This document shows positions 38,509 to 48,741 of a stretch of 64,000 bases of DNA, piece after piece. Under the pieces are notes generated by a model, which was not told the DNA's origin, did no database searches, and saw nothing but the letters and a program-made list of their open reading frames with translations. Location of the stretch: contig JBFFUI010000002.1 in NCBI GenBank assembly GCA_041571435.1, forward strand, positions 1 to 64,000, read 5' to 3'. The position numbers were made by a program, and so were the translations under genes. This stretch comes from Sulfurimonadaceae bacterium (GTDB lineage: Bacteria > Campylobacterota > Campylobacteria > Campylobacterales > Sulfurimonadaceae). Each line of letters starts with the position of its first letter. Within the stretch, counting starts at the first letter, position 1.

Positions 38509-40920
38509 CTAGCTTCGTTTCCACATAAACTTGATGCGCATCGAGTTACCGACAACGAGCAGTGAACTCACCGACATCGAAACAGCGGCAATCAGCGGAA
38601 TGATAAAGCCCGCCATCGCCAGTGGAATCGTCACCGCATTATACACCAAAGAGATGCCGAGGTTCTGTTTGACAAGCCGATAGGTCGTACGTCCAATCTT
38701 AAACGACTCTTCGAGAGAAGTCAGGGAGTCGTTCATCAACACCACATCGCTGACGTCAATCGCGATGTCACTGCCGTTGCCCATTGCAATACCGATCTCT
38801 GCCTGTGCGAGTGCCAGAATATCATTGACACCGTCGCCTGCCATCACGACACGGTGGCCATCGGACTGCATCTGTGCGATCAGGTTGGCTTTTTCCTGCG
38901 GTGTCAGTTCGGCATGGTAATGCTCTATGCCCACCTCATCAGCAATACGTTTTGCGACACCTTCATGATCGCCTGTGAGCATCACAATGTCGATTCCGGC
39001 GTGTTGAAGCGAACGGATCACATCGGCAGCATCGCTCTTGGCACGGTCAGCAAGTTCAAATCGTGCGATCAACCGCTCCCCGACTGCAAAATAGAAGAGC
39101 GTGTGGCTGCTGTCATGGTGAACAGAGATACCCTGCTCCTGCATCAACAGTGCATTGCCTCCGATCAGCATCTCTTGATCACACCGTGCGACCATCCCTT
39201 TGGCCGGAAGCTGTTGCAACTCGTCCAGGGCCGGAAGCATCTGTTCTGCATCGTCCGTCAAATATTCAGACACGCCGAGAGAGACAGGGTGCTTTGAGGC
39301 ATTCAACAGTGCCAGCAGTTTGGTCCTATATGCTCTTCTTTCATCGTCATCATCAAACCATTCGGCATGCTGTACCTGCGGTCTGCCCTCAGTGATCGTA
39401 CCTGTCTTGTCCAGCACCAGCGTGTCTATCTTCGCCAAGGTCTCCAGGTGAAGCGCCTCTTTGAAAAGAATACCGCGCTTAGCCCCTTGGCCAAGACCGA
39501 CCATCGTAGCGACCGGCGTTGCCAGAGCCAACGCACACGGACAGGCGATAATGATGACCGAGATCCCCACCATAAAGGCGGTCTCAAAACTGTGCGGCCA
39601 GATCCACCAGACCGCAAAGGTAGCAAACGCCAGCAGTAAAATAACCGTTGAAAAATACTCGGAGAGACGGTTCGCCACCTGTTCAATGCGCGGTTTTTTT
39701 GCCAGGGAGCGTTCCAGCATCGTCAAGATGTTCGCCAAGGTGGAGTGTTCAAAATCTTTGGTCGCTCTATAGGTCACAACCGCATCGATACTGGTGGTCC
39801 CGCTGACGACATGATCGCCGACGTTTTTATAGATCGGTTCGCTCTCCCCGTTCAGGCTGGACTCGTCAAAACTGCCCGCACCATCAATAATCTCGCCGTC
39901 AATACCCGCTTTTTCCCCGGCTTTAAGAAGCAATATATCACCGACAATGACTTCGTTCACGCTCACATTGTGCTGTTCACCCTCTTTTAAGAGCGTCACC
40001 TCACTCGGAATATGTTTGGAGAGAACATCCAGGGTGTCCGCGGCACTCTTTTTGCTGAGCACCTCCAAGAACTTCCCCAAGAGCACAAAGGTGATGATCA
40101 TTGCCACCGAATCGAAATAGGCTTCGCCCAACTCGAAGAGCGTAATATAGATAGAGTAGAGGTAGGTCAGCGACGCACCCGTCGCGACCAGGATGTCCAT
40201 GTTGACCGTTTTGGTCTTCAGCCCGTAATAGGCCCCGCGAAAGAAGATCCAGCCGCTGTAGAACAGTACCGGCGTTGACAAGAGCCACTCGGCGACGTTG
40301 AGGATGTTCTTGATGCTTTGATCCATCCCAGTAAAGAATCCGGCATACTGTGCCACCGCCACCGTCATAATATTCATCATCGCAAAGGCCGCTACCGCAA
40401 TACGGAGATAGTAGTCTTTGCGCTCTTTCTCGGCACGGGCTTCCTGGATATCCGGATCATAAGGAAAGGCGTCATAACCGATAGCGCGGATCATATCAAT
40501 GATCTTCGAGAGTTTGACTACCCCATCATCCCATATAATGCGCGCTTTGTTGTTGGTATGGTTGATGAAGACCTCTACGACACCCTCCATCTTATGGAGT
40601 GCCTTCTCGTTAAGCCAGACACAGGCCGAACAATGAATGCCCTCAATAATAAGCGAGACCTCGTTAAACCCTTCGCTGTCAACGATGACATAGCGGTCGT
40701 AAAAAGCCGGTGAGTTAAAATTGTTGCTGTCTTGATACTGTTCCGTCGGTGGTGCCAACTGCTCGTCACCGAGTTTGTCATAAAAACTCTCCAGACCTTC
40801 ATCTTTAAGCAGATGGTAGATCCCCTGACACCCCTTGCAGCAAAAATTAAGCTCCCCCTCTTTGATCATAACCGATTCATCAAACTGAAGATGGCAGTGA
40901 CTGCACGCGACGTTAGACAA
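38509..40920 (-). CDS. ccoI: Cu-transporting P1B ATPase of CcoI/FixI type
   Basis: CSHC...FCCKGC, HMA CSAC, ACPCAL, DKTGT, GDGVND; likely TTG start 40920. Confidence 0.9.
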   Translation of the reverse strand: MSNVACSHCHLQFDESVMIKEGELNFCCKGCQGIYHLLKDEGLESFYDKLGDEQLAPPTEQYQDSNNFNSPAFYDRYVIVDSEGFNEVSLIIEGIHCSACVWLNEKALHKMEGVVEVFINHTNNKARIIWDDGVVKLSKIIDMIRAIGYDAFPYDPDIQEARAEKERKDYYLRIAVAAFAMMNIMTVAVAQYAGFFTGMDQSIKNILNVAEWLLSTPVLFYSGWIFFRGAYYGLKTKTVNMDILVATGASLTYLYSIYITLFELGEAYFDSVAMIITFVLLGKFLEVLSKKSAADTLDVLSKHIPSEVTLLKEGEQHNVSVNEVIVGDILLLKAGEKAGIDGEIIDGAGSFDESSLNGESEPIYKNVGDHVVSGTTSIDAVVTYRATKDFEHSTLANILTMLERSLAKKPRIEQVANRLSEYFSTVILLLAFATFAVWWIWPHSFETAFMVGISVIIIACPCALALATPVATMVGLGQGAKRGILFKEALHLETLAKIDTLVLDKTGTITEGRPQVQHAEWFDDDDERRAYRTKLLALLNASKHPVSLGVSEYLTDDAEQMLPALDELQQLPAKGMVARCDQEMLIGGNALLMQEQGISVHHDSSHTLFYFAVGERLIARFELADRAKSDAADVIRSLQHAGIDIVMLTGDHEGVAKRIADEVGIEHYHAELTPQEKANLIAQMQSDGHRVVMAGDGVNDILALAQAEIGIAMGNGSDIAIDVSDVVLMNDSLTSLEESFKIGRTTYRLVKQNLGISLVYNAVTIPLAMAGFIIPLIAAVSMSVSSLLVVGNSMRIKFMWKRS

Positions 40921-41395
40921 TCTCGAACCTTCCTGCTTCTCTGTTTTTGACGATTCTGTCATACGGAGCGATAATACCGCTCATACAGATATAGACACCT
41001 GCAGCCGGCTGTGTCGCAGCAAAACCCAATGCCATGCCGAGGTTGACGCTTGCCTCACTTTTGTCAATAAAGAACGGGGTCATGGCACCGACCAGAACGA
41101 TGACCCTGTCGGGCAGATATTCCGCCAGCTGTTCCGCAGTCAGATGCATGGTATCCGTTCCATGTACGATCACGAAAACATCTTCATCATCGGCTGAAAG
41201 GATCGCAGTCAGCTGGTCACGGTCGATCTGTTCCATCTCCAGCGAGTCTTTATAGAGCATTCCTGCGATATCAACGTCATACGAGAAACCTTTCACGATC
41301 TCTTCGATCGCCAGATTATCAAACGGGACCTCTAACTCGCCGGTGATTGTGTTGTAACGTTTGTTAAATGTACCGCCAGTGTTCATTATCTTCAT
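40913..41395 (-). CDS. Short asparaginase-domain protein
   Basis: TGGTF and HGTDTM asparaginase motifs; N-terminal domain only. Confidence 0.82.
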   Translation of the reverse strand: MKIMNTGGTFNKRYNTITGELEVPFDNLAIEEIVKGFSYDVDIAGMLYKDSLEMEQIDRDQLTAILSADDEDVFVIVHGTDTMHLTAEQLAEYLPDRVIVLVGAMTPFFIDKSEASVNLGMALGFAATQPAAGVYICMSGIIAPYDRIVKNREAGRFEIV

Positions 41396-41898
41396 AGTAA
41401 CTCTTTCAATGATCTTATGATCTTGGTCGCTTCGCTTGTGGTCGCATCCGGTGAAAAAAGATAACTCTCTTTAACACCAGCCTTGTGTGCAGCGATGATG
41501 TCACGTTCACTGTCACCCACAAGCAGAGAGTGGTTTAGATCAATGTCATGTTTTTTAGCTGCTTCGAGCAACATGCCCGGCTCTGGCTTTCGGCAGTTGC
41601 ATGTTCCGGAGATATCCGGATGATGCGGACAGTAATAGACATCAGCTACCGTTATCCCGTTTTTGCCGAAGGTCTCAACCATCCAAGCCGTCAATCGTGC
41701 AAAATCATCTTCACTGTAGTAACCTCGTGCAATACCGGACTGGTTGGTCACGACAACAATCAGATACCCAAGGTCCTGATATTTCTTGCACAGCTCGAAA
41801 ATACCGTCGATGAACTCAAAATCCCCGACCTTATGAAGGTAGTTCTTTTCAATATTCACTACCCCGTCACGATCAAGAAAAAGCGCAGGTCTACTCAC
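41392..41898 (-). CDS. gmhB: D,D-heptose 1,7-bisphosphate phosphatase
   Basis: FLDRDGV, TNQSGIARG, CPHHP..CNCRKP, GDSERD. Confidence 0.95.
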   Translation of the reverse strand: MSRPALFLDRDGVVNIEKNYLHKVGDFEFIDGIFELCKKYQDLGYLIVVVTNQSGIARGYYSEDDFARLTAWMVETFGKNGITVADVYYCPHHPDISGTCNCRKPEPGMLLEAAKKHDIDLNHSLLVGDSERDIIAAHKAGVKESYLFSPDATTSEATKIIRSLKELL

Positions 41899-41901
41899 TG
41901 A

Positions 41902-42492
41902 TTACGCACCTACTCCATCACCGAACATCTCTTTCTCGATAGCGTCGCAGATCATATGCTCGATCAGAAGATGCGACTCCTGGATCCGTGGTGTAGCATC
42001 TGAGGGGACAATCAATGTATAATCAGCAGTCTGTGCCATCTTTCCGCCGTCACGACCGGTCAACGCGACCGTTGTGATCCCTCTCTCCTTGGCCGATGCA
42101 AAAGCGTTAAGAATATTCTGTGAATTACCAGAAGTAGAGATACCGATAAAAAGATCGCCCGCTTCGCCCATCCCTTCCAGCTGACGTGAAAAGACATAGT
42201 CATACCCGTAATCATTTCCGATCGCCGTCAAGTTTGAGGTGTCGGTGGTCAATGCCAACGCCGGCAAAGATGGACGGTCAAAACCATAGCGACCTACCAA
42301 CTCGGCAGCAAAATGCTGAGCATCCGCTGCAGAGCCGCCATTACCGGCGATCAAAATCTTTTTGCTCTTCTTATAGACCGTGACACAGGCTTTGATAACC
42401 TCTGCGATCTCCTCTAGAAATGTGCCATCGTTTAAAATCTTCTGTTTAGTCTCGGCCGAAGCAGCCACTTCGCTTTTAATATAATCTATCAT
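41902..42492 (-). CDS. gmhA: Sedoheptulose-7-phosphate isomerase
   Basis: GNGGSAADAQH, NDYGY, STSGNS, TPRIQESH. Confidence 0.97.
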   Translation of the reverse strand: MIDYIKSEVAASAETKQKILNDGTFLEEIAEVIKACVTVYKKSKKILIAGNGGSAADAQHFAAELVGRYGFDRPSLPALALTTDTSNLTAIGNDYGYDYVFSRQLEGMGEAGDLFIGISTSGNSQNILNAFASAKERGITTVALTGRDGGKMAQTADYTLIVPSDATPRIQESHLLIEHMICDAIEKEMFGDGVGA

Positions 42493-43701
42493 CTACTTTT
42501 TTCCTCGTAATTTCTCTTTTAATATTATTTTACCCATCTCGACACCCGGTTGGTCATAGGCATTAATGTCAAGCATATTGGCGACCAGTGCCGTCAGGAG
42601 TTCATAGTATAAGATCAGCTGGCCGATCTCCGAAGCGTTGACGCTCTCGATCTCGATCACGTCGAGAGGGATATTGTCGAGCGAATCCAGCGCTTCGATG
42701 ATCGAATCGGCCTGCATGTTGATCAGTTCCGAAAAGTCGTAACCGTTGATCAGGTCCATCGCATCAAGGTGTTCAAAGGTATTGTCCGGAATCCGCATCG
42801 TATTGTTAAACTCTTTGATCTTGATGACGGTCACCGATTTATCGCGTTTTCCTTCTACGATCAGCTGCAGAAAAGAGTGTTGATCCGTCGGCCCGATCAG
42901 GCCCACCGGCGTCAAGCCCACGTGGAGTTCACTGTGACGCTGCTTTTTGCCCAGACTCTCACCCCAAAGCTGTACATACCAGGCATTAAACTCACGAAAG
43001 ACCTCGGAGTAGGAGAAGAGACAGTTGATGTTGTAGGTGTTGGTGTTCTGGGCATAGAAGGTCGCCTTCTTCATCAAAGAGTGGCAATATCCCTGATCGT
43101 TGAAAAAGGCATCACGGACTTTTCTGGCACCATCGAGCAGCAGCTGGATGTTAACACCGATCAGCGCAAGCGGAATAAGCCCCGCACTGCTCAAGACAGA
43201 GAAACGGCCGCCCACATTTTCAGGAATGGCGTAATGGGCGATACCTCTCGCATCGGCGAACTTCTCAAGCGCCGAATTTTCATCGGTGATAATGACGCAG
43301 TTATCATTTTGCAGGTGCTCGACCGCATCAATATATTTGGCCACGGCAATCGTCTCAATCGTCGTTCCCGACTTACTGATAAGACAGTAATAGGCGTTGT
43401 GCATGTCGAAACTTTTCAGTTTGCTCTCCAGGATCAGCGGGTCGGTCGTATCCAGAATATGCAGTTTTTTGTCAAAAGAGCGTACAAGGTCCAAGAAGTG
43501 ATAAACGGCAGAAGCCCCCAGTGCGCTTCCTCCGATACCGATCACAACGATGTTGACCTGATCGACTTTGGACGCCAGCTCCAAAAACGGTGTGACATCC
43601 TGATCGCAAAGGTCATAAAATCCTATCTCTTCTCTCTCTTTGGCAATCGCATCGGAGAGCTTGTCATTGACTTTGGGTGAGAACTCGAAGGTATTTGTCA
43701 T
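42493..43701 (-). CDS. pgi: Glucose-6-phosphate isomerase
   Basis: GIGGSALG, SKSGTTIET, GGRFSVLS, QLWGESLGK, DQHS, DQPGVE. Confidence 0.95.
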   Translation of the reverse strand: MTNTFEFSPKVNDKLSDAIAKEREEIGFYDLCDQDVTPFLELASKVDQVNIVVIGIGGSALGASAVYHFLDLVRSFDKKLHILDTTDPLILESKLKSFDMHNAYYCLISKSGTTIETIAVAKYIDAVEHLQNDNCVIITDENSALEKFADARGIAHYAIPENVGGRFSVLSSAGLIPLALIGVNIQLLLDGARKVRDAFFNDQGYCHSLMKKATFYAQNTNTYNINCLFSYSEVFREFNAWYVQLWGESLGKKQRHSELHVGLTPVGLIGPTDQHSFLQLIVEGKRDKSVTVIKIKEFNNTMRIPDNTFEHLDAMDLINGYDFSELINMQADSIIEALDSLDNIPLDVIEIESVNASEIGQLILYYELLTALVANMLDINAYDQPGVEMGKIILKEKLRGKK

Positions 43702-43796
43702 AATTTCATCTTTTGAATTTTAAAGTGAATTATTTTATCGAACTTAGGCTAAAGAGCCTATTTTAAAGCGAAAAAGGCTCCAAAAAGCGTATAAAC

Positions 43797-43826
43797 TTGA
43801 CATCTTCCGTTTAGTTGTTATAAAAT
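43797..43826 (+). promoter_or_regulatory. sigma70 promoter for rho
   Basis: TTGACA at 43797, then TGTTATAAAAT -10 region at 16-18 nt spacing. Confidence 0.6.
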
Positions 43827-43907
43827 ACGTTAAACAAATCTTAAAATCACTTCTTCAATTTATTCACAACTCTGTGAAAATTCCTCAGAACTCACATAAG
43901 GTAATTC

Positions 43908-45227
43908 ATGAGCGACACCCGTCAGCACAAAAACAACAAATCCTCCCGAACACATGTTCCCGTTACTGGTCACACTATTGAAGACCTCCGCACCAAACCG
44001 ATTGACGAACTTGTCAATATCGCTGCAGAACTTGGGGTAGAAGATCCCAACGAACTCAAACGTCAGGATCTTACCTTTGAGATCTTGAAATCACAGACAT
44101 CTCAAGGCGGTTTCATCCTCTTCACCGGTATTTTGGAGACGATGCAGGACGGTTACGGTTTCCTGCGTTCGATCGACACGACCTTCAGTGACTCGCTCAA
44201 TGATGCCTATGTCTCCAGTACACAGATCAAAAAGTTCGCCCTTCGTAATGGTGACGTGGTCACCGGTCAGGTCCGCCCTCCGAAAGACCAGGAGCGTTAT
44301 TACGCTCTTCTCAAGGTCGAGGCGATTAACTACCTGCCGCCGGCAGAGAGCAAAAAACGTCCGCTCTTTGAAAACCTGACGCCTCTTTACGCACTTGAAC
44401 AACTCACACTGGAGTACAAACCCGAAAAGCTGACCGGGCGTATGATGGACCTTTTCTGCCCTATCGGCAAGGGCCAGCGCGGCCTGATCGTCGCACCGCC
44501 GCGCTCCGGTAAAACGGAATTGATGAAGGAGATCGCACATGGTATCACGGCAAACCATCCGGAAGCCGAACTGATGGTCCTTCTTGTTGACGAACGTCCC
44601 GAAGAGGTTACCGATATGGAACGCTCTGTCAAAGGCGAAGTCTACAGTTCTACCTTCGATATGCCGGCAAAAAACCACGTCAAAGTCGCCGAGATGGTCA
44701 TCGAACGTGCCAAGCGCCGTGTCGAGATCGGCAAAGACGTTGTGATCTTGCTTGACTCGATCACTCGTCTTGCACGTGCCTATAATACGGTTACACCGTC
44801 AAGCGGTAAAGTCCTTTCAGGTGGTGTTGATGCCAATGCACTGCACAAACCGAAGCGTTTCTTCGGTGCGGCACGTAACATCGAAAACGGTGGTTCACTG
44901 ACGATTATTGCAACAGCACTTGTCGAGACGGGAAGCCGTATGGACGAAGTGATCTTTGAGGAGTTCAAAGGAACAGGTAACTCGGAGGTCGTACTTAGCC
45001 GTAAGATCGCCGATCGCCGTATCTTCCCTGCAATTGATATCTTGAAATCCGGTACGCGTAAAGAAGAACTTCTTATCGGTCCGGATATCCTCCAGAAAGT
45101 CTTCATCTTGCGTTCTATGCTCCATAAACAGGAAGATGAAGTCGAAGCACTTCGCTTCCTCTACACCAAGATGCAGAAAATGCCAACGAATGAAGAGTTC
45201 CTTAACATGATGAACGAGGCGAAATAA
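43908..45227 (+). CDS. rho: Transcription termination factor Rho
   Basis: [44 protein letters not shown]. Confidence 0.99.
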   Translation: MSDTRQHKNNKSSRTHVPVTGHTIEDLRTKPIDELVNIAAELGVEDPNELKRQDLTFEILKSQTSQGGFILFTGILETMQDGYGFLRSIDTTFSDSLNDAYVSSTQIKKFALRNGDVVTGQVRPPKDQERYYALLKVEAINYLPPAESKKRPLFENLTPLYALEQLTLEYKPEKLTGRMMDLFCPIGKGQRGLIVAPPRSGKTELMKEIAHGITANHPEAELMVLLVDERPEEVTDMERSVKGEVYSSTFDMPAKNHVKVAEMVIERAKRRVEIGKDVVILLDSITRLARAYNTVTPSSGKVLSGGVDANALHKPKRFFGAARNIENGGSLTIIATALVETGSRMDEVIFEEFKGTGNSEVVLSRKIADRRIFPAIDILKSGTRKEELLIGPDILQKVFILRSMLHKQEDEVEALRFLYTKMQKMPTNEEFLNMMNEAK

Positions 45228-45233
45228 GCGCTT

Positions 45234-45989
45234 ATGAGAGTCGGTGTCTTTGATAGCGGAATCGGTGGTCTGACGGTTGTCAAATCCCTATTGGAACATC
45301 AACTGTTTGAAGAGATCATCTACTTTGGCGACACGGCCCGCGTGCCGTATGGTGTCAAAGACAAAAACACCATCGTCCGCTACTCCCTTGAGGCCTTGGA
45401 ATTTTTTAAAAACTTCGAGATCGACCTGCTGATCACCGCCTGTAATACCGTAAGCGCCTACGCTCTCGAAGAGATGCGGGCCCAAGCACCTTTTGACGTC
45501 ATCGGTGTCGTCGAACCCGGTATCATCGCCACCAAAAACGCGCTGAACGACAGTGCTGCAAATATCCTGGTTCTTGGCACAAACGCAACGGTCTCATCCA
45601 AAGCCTACGAGATCTTACTGAAAGAGCAGGGATTCACCAACACGACGGCTAAAGCCACCGGACTTTTTGTCCCTATCATCGAAGAGGGACTTTTTTCGGG
45701 CGAAGTACTCGAAAGTACTATGAAGCATTACTTTGCGGGTCTTGAACATCCCGACGGGATCATTCTCGGCTGCACACACTTCCCTCTGATCGCCGACGCA
45801 ATTGCCGACTATTTCAACGACAATGTAACGTTGATCCACTCAGGAGAGGCAATAGTCGAATATTTGGAGACACACTACCCGTTTACCCAAAAACACGCCG
45901 AACCAAAGATCAAATTCTTCGCCTCGGAAAACCCCGAAGCACTGCGAAAAACGGCCCACCAATGGCTGAACCTTCCTGAACAAATATAG
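45234..45989 (+). CDS. murI: Glutamate racemase
   Basis: FDSGIGGLTV, ACNT, LGCTHFP. Confidence 0.97.
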   Translation: MRVGVFDSGIGGLTVVKSLLEHQLFEEIIYFGDTARVPYGVKDKNTIVRYSLEALEFFKNFEIDLLITACNTVSAYALEEMRAQAPFDVIGVVEPGIIATKNALNDSAANILVLGTNATVSSKAYEILLKEQGFTNTTAKATGLFVPIIEEGLFSGEVLESTMKHYFAGLEHPDGIILGCTHFPLIADAIADYFNDNVTLIHSGEAIVEYLETHYPFTQKHAEPKIKFFASENPEALRKTAHQWLNLPEQI

Positions 45990-46065
45990 GTTCAATCTGT
46001 CACATTTACAGAGCTAAAAGCACAGCTGTGCTATAGTCTAAAATATTTCAAAAATAGGCATTAAA

Positions 46066-47886
46066 GTGAATGAGAGTTCTGAAGTTTTAGCACGAAAGTA
46101 TCGTCCCGAAAGTTTTAATGAACTGATCGGCCAAGAGACGATTTCACAGACCCTTTCCCTTGCCCTTGACGCCAAACGCCTCTCACATGCCTACCTCTTT
46201 TCAGGCCTTCGCGGTTCCGGGAAAACCTCTACGGCCCGGATCTTTGCCAAAGCGCTGATCTGTGAACAGGGACCGACATCCCATCCTTGCGGTGTCTGCG
46301 AGCACTGTCTTATGGCCAAAGAGGGACGCCATATTGATATCATCGAAATGGATGCCGCCTCCAGCCGCAAGATCGATGATATTCGCGACCTTATCGAACA
46401 CACCAAGTATAAACCTGCCGCAGGAAACTACAAGATCTTTATAATCGATGAAGTGCATATGCTTACGAAAGAGGCCTTTAATGCTCTGTTGAAGACACTT
46501 GAAGAGCCTCCGGCCTATGTCAAGTTCATCCTTGCGACTACGGATCCACTAAAGCTGCCAGCGACGATCTTGAGCCGTACCCAGCATTTTCGTTTTAAAC
46601 GCATCGCCAATGTCAATGTCGTCCATCATCTTGAACATATCCTTCAACTTGAGAACATCACCTACGAAGAGGCCGCTTTGGACATCTTGGCACGCAGCGG
46701 TTCAGGCAGCCTTCGCGATACACTGACCCTGCTTGATCAGGCCATCATCTACTCGAAGAACCATGTTGATGTTCAGACCGTAACCGACATGCTTGGACTG
46801 GTTGACCCGCAATTCATTGAGACAATCTTCACGGCCATATTCAACGGTGACAGGGCTGCTGTACTCGGCTATATTCAGGCACTCGAGGATTATGAGGCCG
46901 AGATGGTCGTTGATGAGCTTATCGCCTTTTTGAAAGAGCGTCTCTATGCCCAGGACGGCCACTATTCGGTGTTGCTTTTAGAGCGTTTTTTCCGTATCCT
47001 ATCCGATGCAAAATCACTCTTCAGCATCAACGCAGACGGCAGTTTTGTGCTCAGTATGGTCTTTTTTAAAATGTTGGAAGCACTGAAGGTCAAAGAGATC
47101 GACCAGATGATCGAATCCTTGGAGCTACAGATAGGCAGCGGGGCGCCGATTCCAACAGCGGCAGCCAGACCTCAGCCGCAACAGCCAACACCGTCTGCCG
47201 AAGCTGAGCAGGATCTGCCCGTATCCGATACGGTACAGACAACAACCCCGCAACATTCTTTCCAGACGGAAAGCTCACCGGAACCGGAACCTGTCATATC
47301 TGAGCCAGTCGTTGAAGATGCCAAAGAACGTGCTCTTTTTGAACAACTTATCGGTAAGATCGAAGACCGCAGTATCGATCTCGGACGCTGTTTTAAAGAA
47401 CAGATCAGTTTTGTATCGTACGCGGACAACACACTGACGTGGGAGAGCTGTGCTGATGAAGAGTGTAAACAACAGCTCAAGCATGGCTATAGTGTTATCA
47501 AACAGTTTGTGCGTGAGATCTTTGGGTTTGAGACGAAAATCAAAGCACAGAAGTGTTCTAAAACGCCAACCGAATCGAGTCCGTCAAACACGCCTGAAGC
47601 ATCGTTACAAGAACAACCGCAACAAACGCAGGAACAGCCTCAGCAACAGTACCAACAGCCTCAGCAGAGGCCTCAAGTTCAGCCATCTGCTGAGGCCTCT
47701 GCACCCCAGGTCTCTTCGATGACAGAGGAGTCCGAGGTCGGTACAGGTTCCTGCGTAGCCGGCTGTAGCGACAGTGATCAATCCACCAAAGAGTTTGACG
47801 GTCAGGCCATCCTGGAAGAGCCGATGATCCAAAAAGCCACCGAGCTTTTTGAAGCCACCAAGATCACCATCCAAAACAAAGTGTAG
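46066..47886 (+). CDS. dnaX: DNA polymerase III subunit gamma/tau
   Basis: LARKYRP, GLRGSGKT, CxxC zinc module, IIDEVHML, NALLKTLEEPP, GSLRD. Confidence 0.97.
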   Translation: MNESSEVLARKYRPESFNELIGQETISQTLSLALDAKRLSHAYLFSGLRGSGKTSTARIFAKALICEQGPTSHPCGVCEHCLMAKEGRHIDIIEMDAASSRKIDDIRDLIEHTKYKPAAGNYKIFIIDEVHMLTKEAFNALLKTLEEPPAYVKFILATTDPLKLPATILSRTQHFRFKRIANVNVVHHLEHILQLENITYEEAALDILARSGSGSLRDTLTLLDQAIIYSKNHVDVQTVTDMLGLVDPQFIETIFTAIFNGDRAAVLGYIQALEDYEAEMVVDELIAFLKERLYAQDGHYSVLLLERFFRILSDAKSLFSINADGSFVLSMVFFKMLEALKVKEIDQMIESLELQIGSGAPIPTAAARPQPQQPTPSAEAEQDLPVSDTVQTTTPQHSFQTESSPEPEPVISEPVVEDAKERALFEQLIGKIEDRSIDLGRCFKEQISFVSYADNTLTWESCADEECKQQLKHGYSVIKQFVREIFGFETKIKAQKCSKTPTESSPSNTPEASLQEQPQQTQEQPQQQYQQPQQRPQVQPSAEASAPQVSSMTEESEVGTGSCVAGCSDSDQSTKEFDGQAILEEPMIQKATELFEATKITIQNKV

Positions 47887-48161
47887 TGGAAAACCTAAGC
47901 GCGACCCCCTTTCATGAACGGCTGCTCTCCTTCGATGATGGTGCCTATGATGTTATCTTCTCTGCAAAGCGCTATCTCTTTCGCAAAGAGACCCATCTGG
48001 ACGGTAAGCTTGTAAAAGTCTATGCCGAAGAGCTGGGCGGAAATGATTTTATCAGCCTCAACTACCAACCGCAAACGCTCAACGGCCTCTTAAAACCGTG
48101 TGAAATGGCGGACCGGAAGGTCATTGATTTTGTCAACCGTGCGAAGCGAATTAATCCCTGA
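47886..48161 (+). CDS. Small conserved hypothetical protein
   Basis: GTG overlaps the dnaX stop; YAEELGGNDFISLNY and LKPCEM look like conserved motifs. Confidence 0.65.
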   Translation: MENLSATPFHERLLSFDDGAYDVIFSAKRYLFRKETHLDGKLVKVYAEELGGNDFISLNYQPQTLNGLLKPCEMADRKVIDFVNRAKRINP

Positions 48162-48741
48162 ACGGCTTGTAAAAAGGCTCGTCCGCCAAGGCCAGCAGCT
48201 CCCGATCGCCCCGGCTGTCACCGTAAGCAAAGATATGGTCGTATTGGTCCAGATCATAAGCGGCCTTGACGCGGTTCGCTTTTTCCGGACCGAAACAGTT
48301 TTTGGTCGCAAATCTGCCTGTCAGTTTGCCGCCTTTAACCTCAAGGCGGGTGGAGATGAGAACAATACTGTTCTTATCACACCACGGCTGCAGCCACTCC
48401 GCCATTGATGCCGAAACAATGACGACTTCATCCCCCCGCTCCTGATGCCATCGTACTCTCTCCATCGCCTTTGGCCTTGTTAAGGCATCGATCTTTTCAA
48501 GGGAGTATCGCTCAGCCAATGTCTGAAACTGTTCTGCGTCCCACCCTCTGAAAAAATGCGAAATCAGGCGTTCTTTAGCGATATGGTTGGGGACGATCTT
48601 GAGCGTGTAACCTGTCAATATCGGACTTAAAACCACTAAACCGAGATAATATCTTGGTCTGCCCACGGCAAATTGAATAAAGTCAGCCAGGCTGTCTCTG
48701 TCGGTGACGGTGCCGTCAAAATCGAACAGAGCAAGGGTCAT
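48151..48741 (-). CDS. HAD-IB family phosphatase
   Basis: FDFDGT motif I, VSAS motif II, K, YGDSRGD motif IV. Confidence 0.9.
   Translation of the reverse strand: MTLALFDFDGTVTDRDSLADFIQFAVGRPRYYLGLVVLSPILTGYTLKIVPNHIAKERLISHFFRGWDAEQFQTLAERYSLEKIDALTRPKAMERVRWHQERGDEVVIVSASMAEWLQPWCDKNSIVLISTRLEVKGGKLTGRFATKNCFGPEKANRVKAAYDLDQYDHIFAYGDSRGDRELLALADEPFYKPFRD

Noticed and set aside
42769-43680. 303-aa plus-strand ORF
   Set aside because: Antisense shadow of pgi with no motifs
47055-47075. Possible dnaX programmed frameshift at TTTTTTAAAA
   Set aside because: Not in X-XXY-YYZ register, no A-AAA-AAG heptamer seen and no obvious stimulatory hairpin
47600-47690. CAG/CAA-rich repeats as CRISPR or VNTR
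   Set aside because: Degenerate codons of a Gln/Pro linker in dnaX; no repeat-spacer structure
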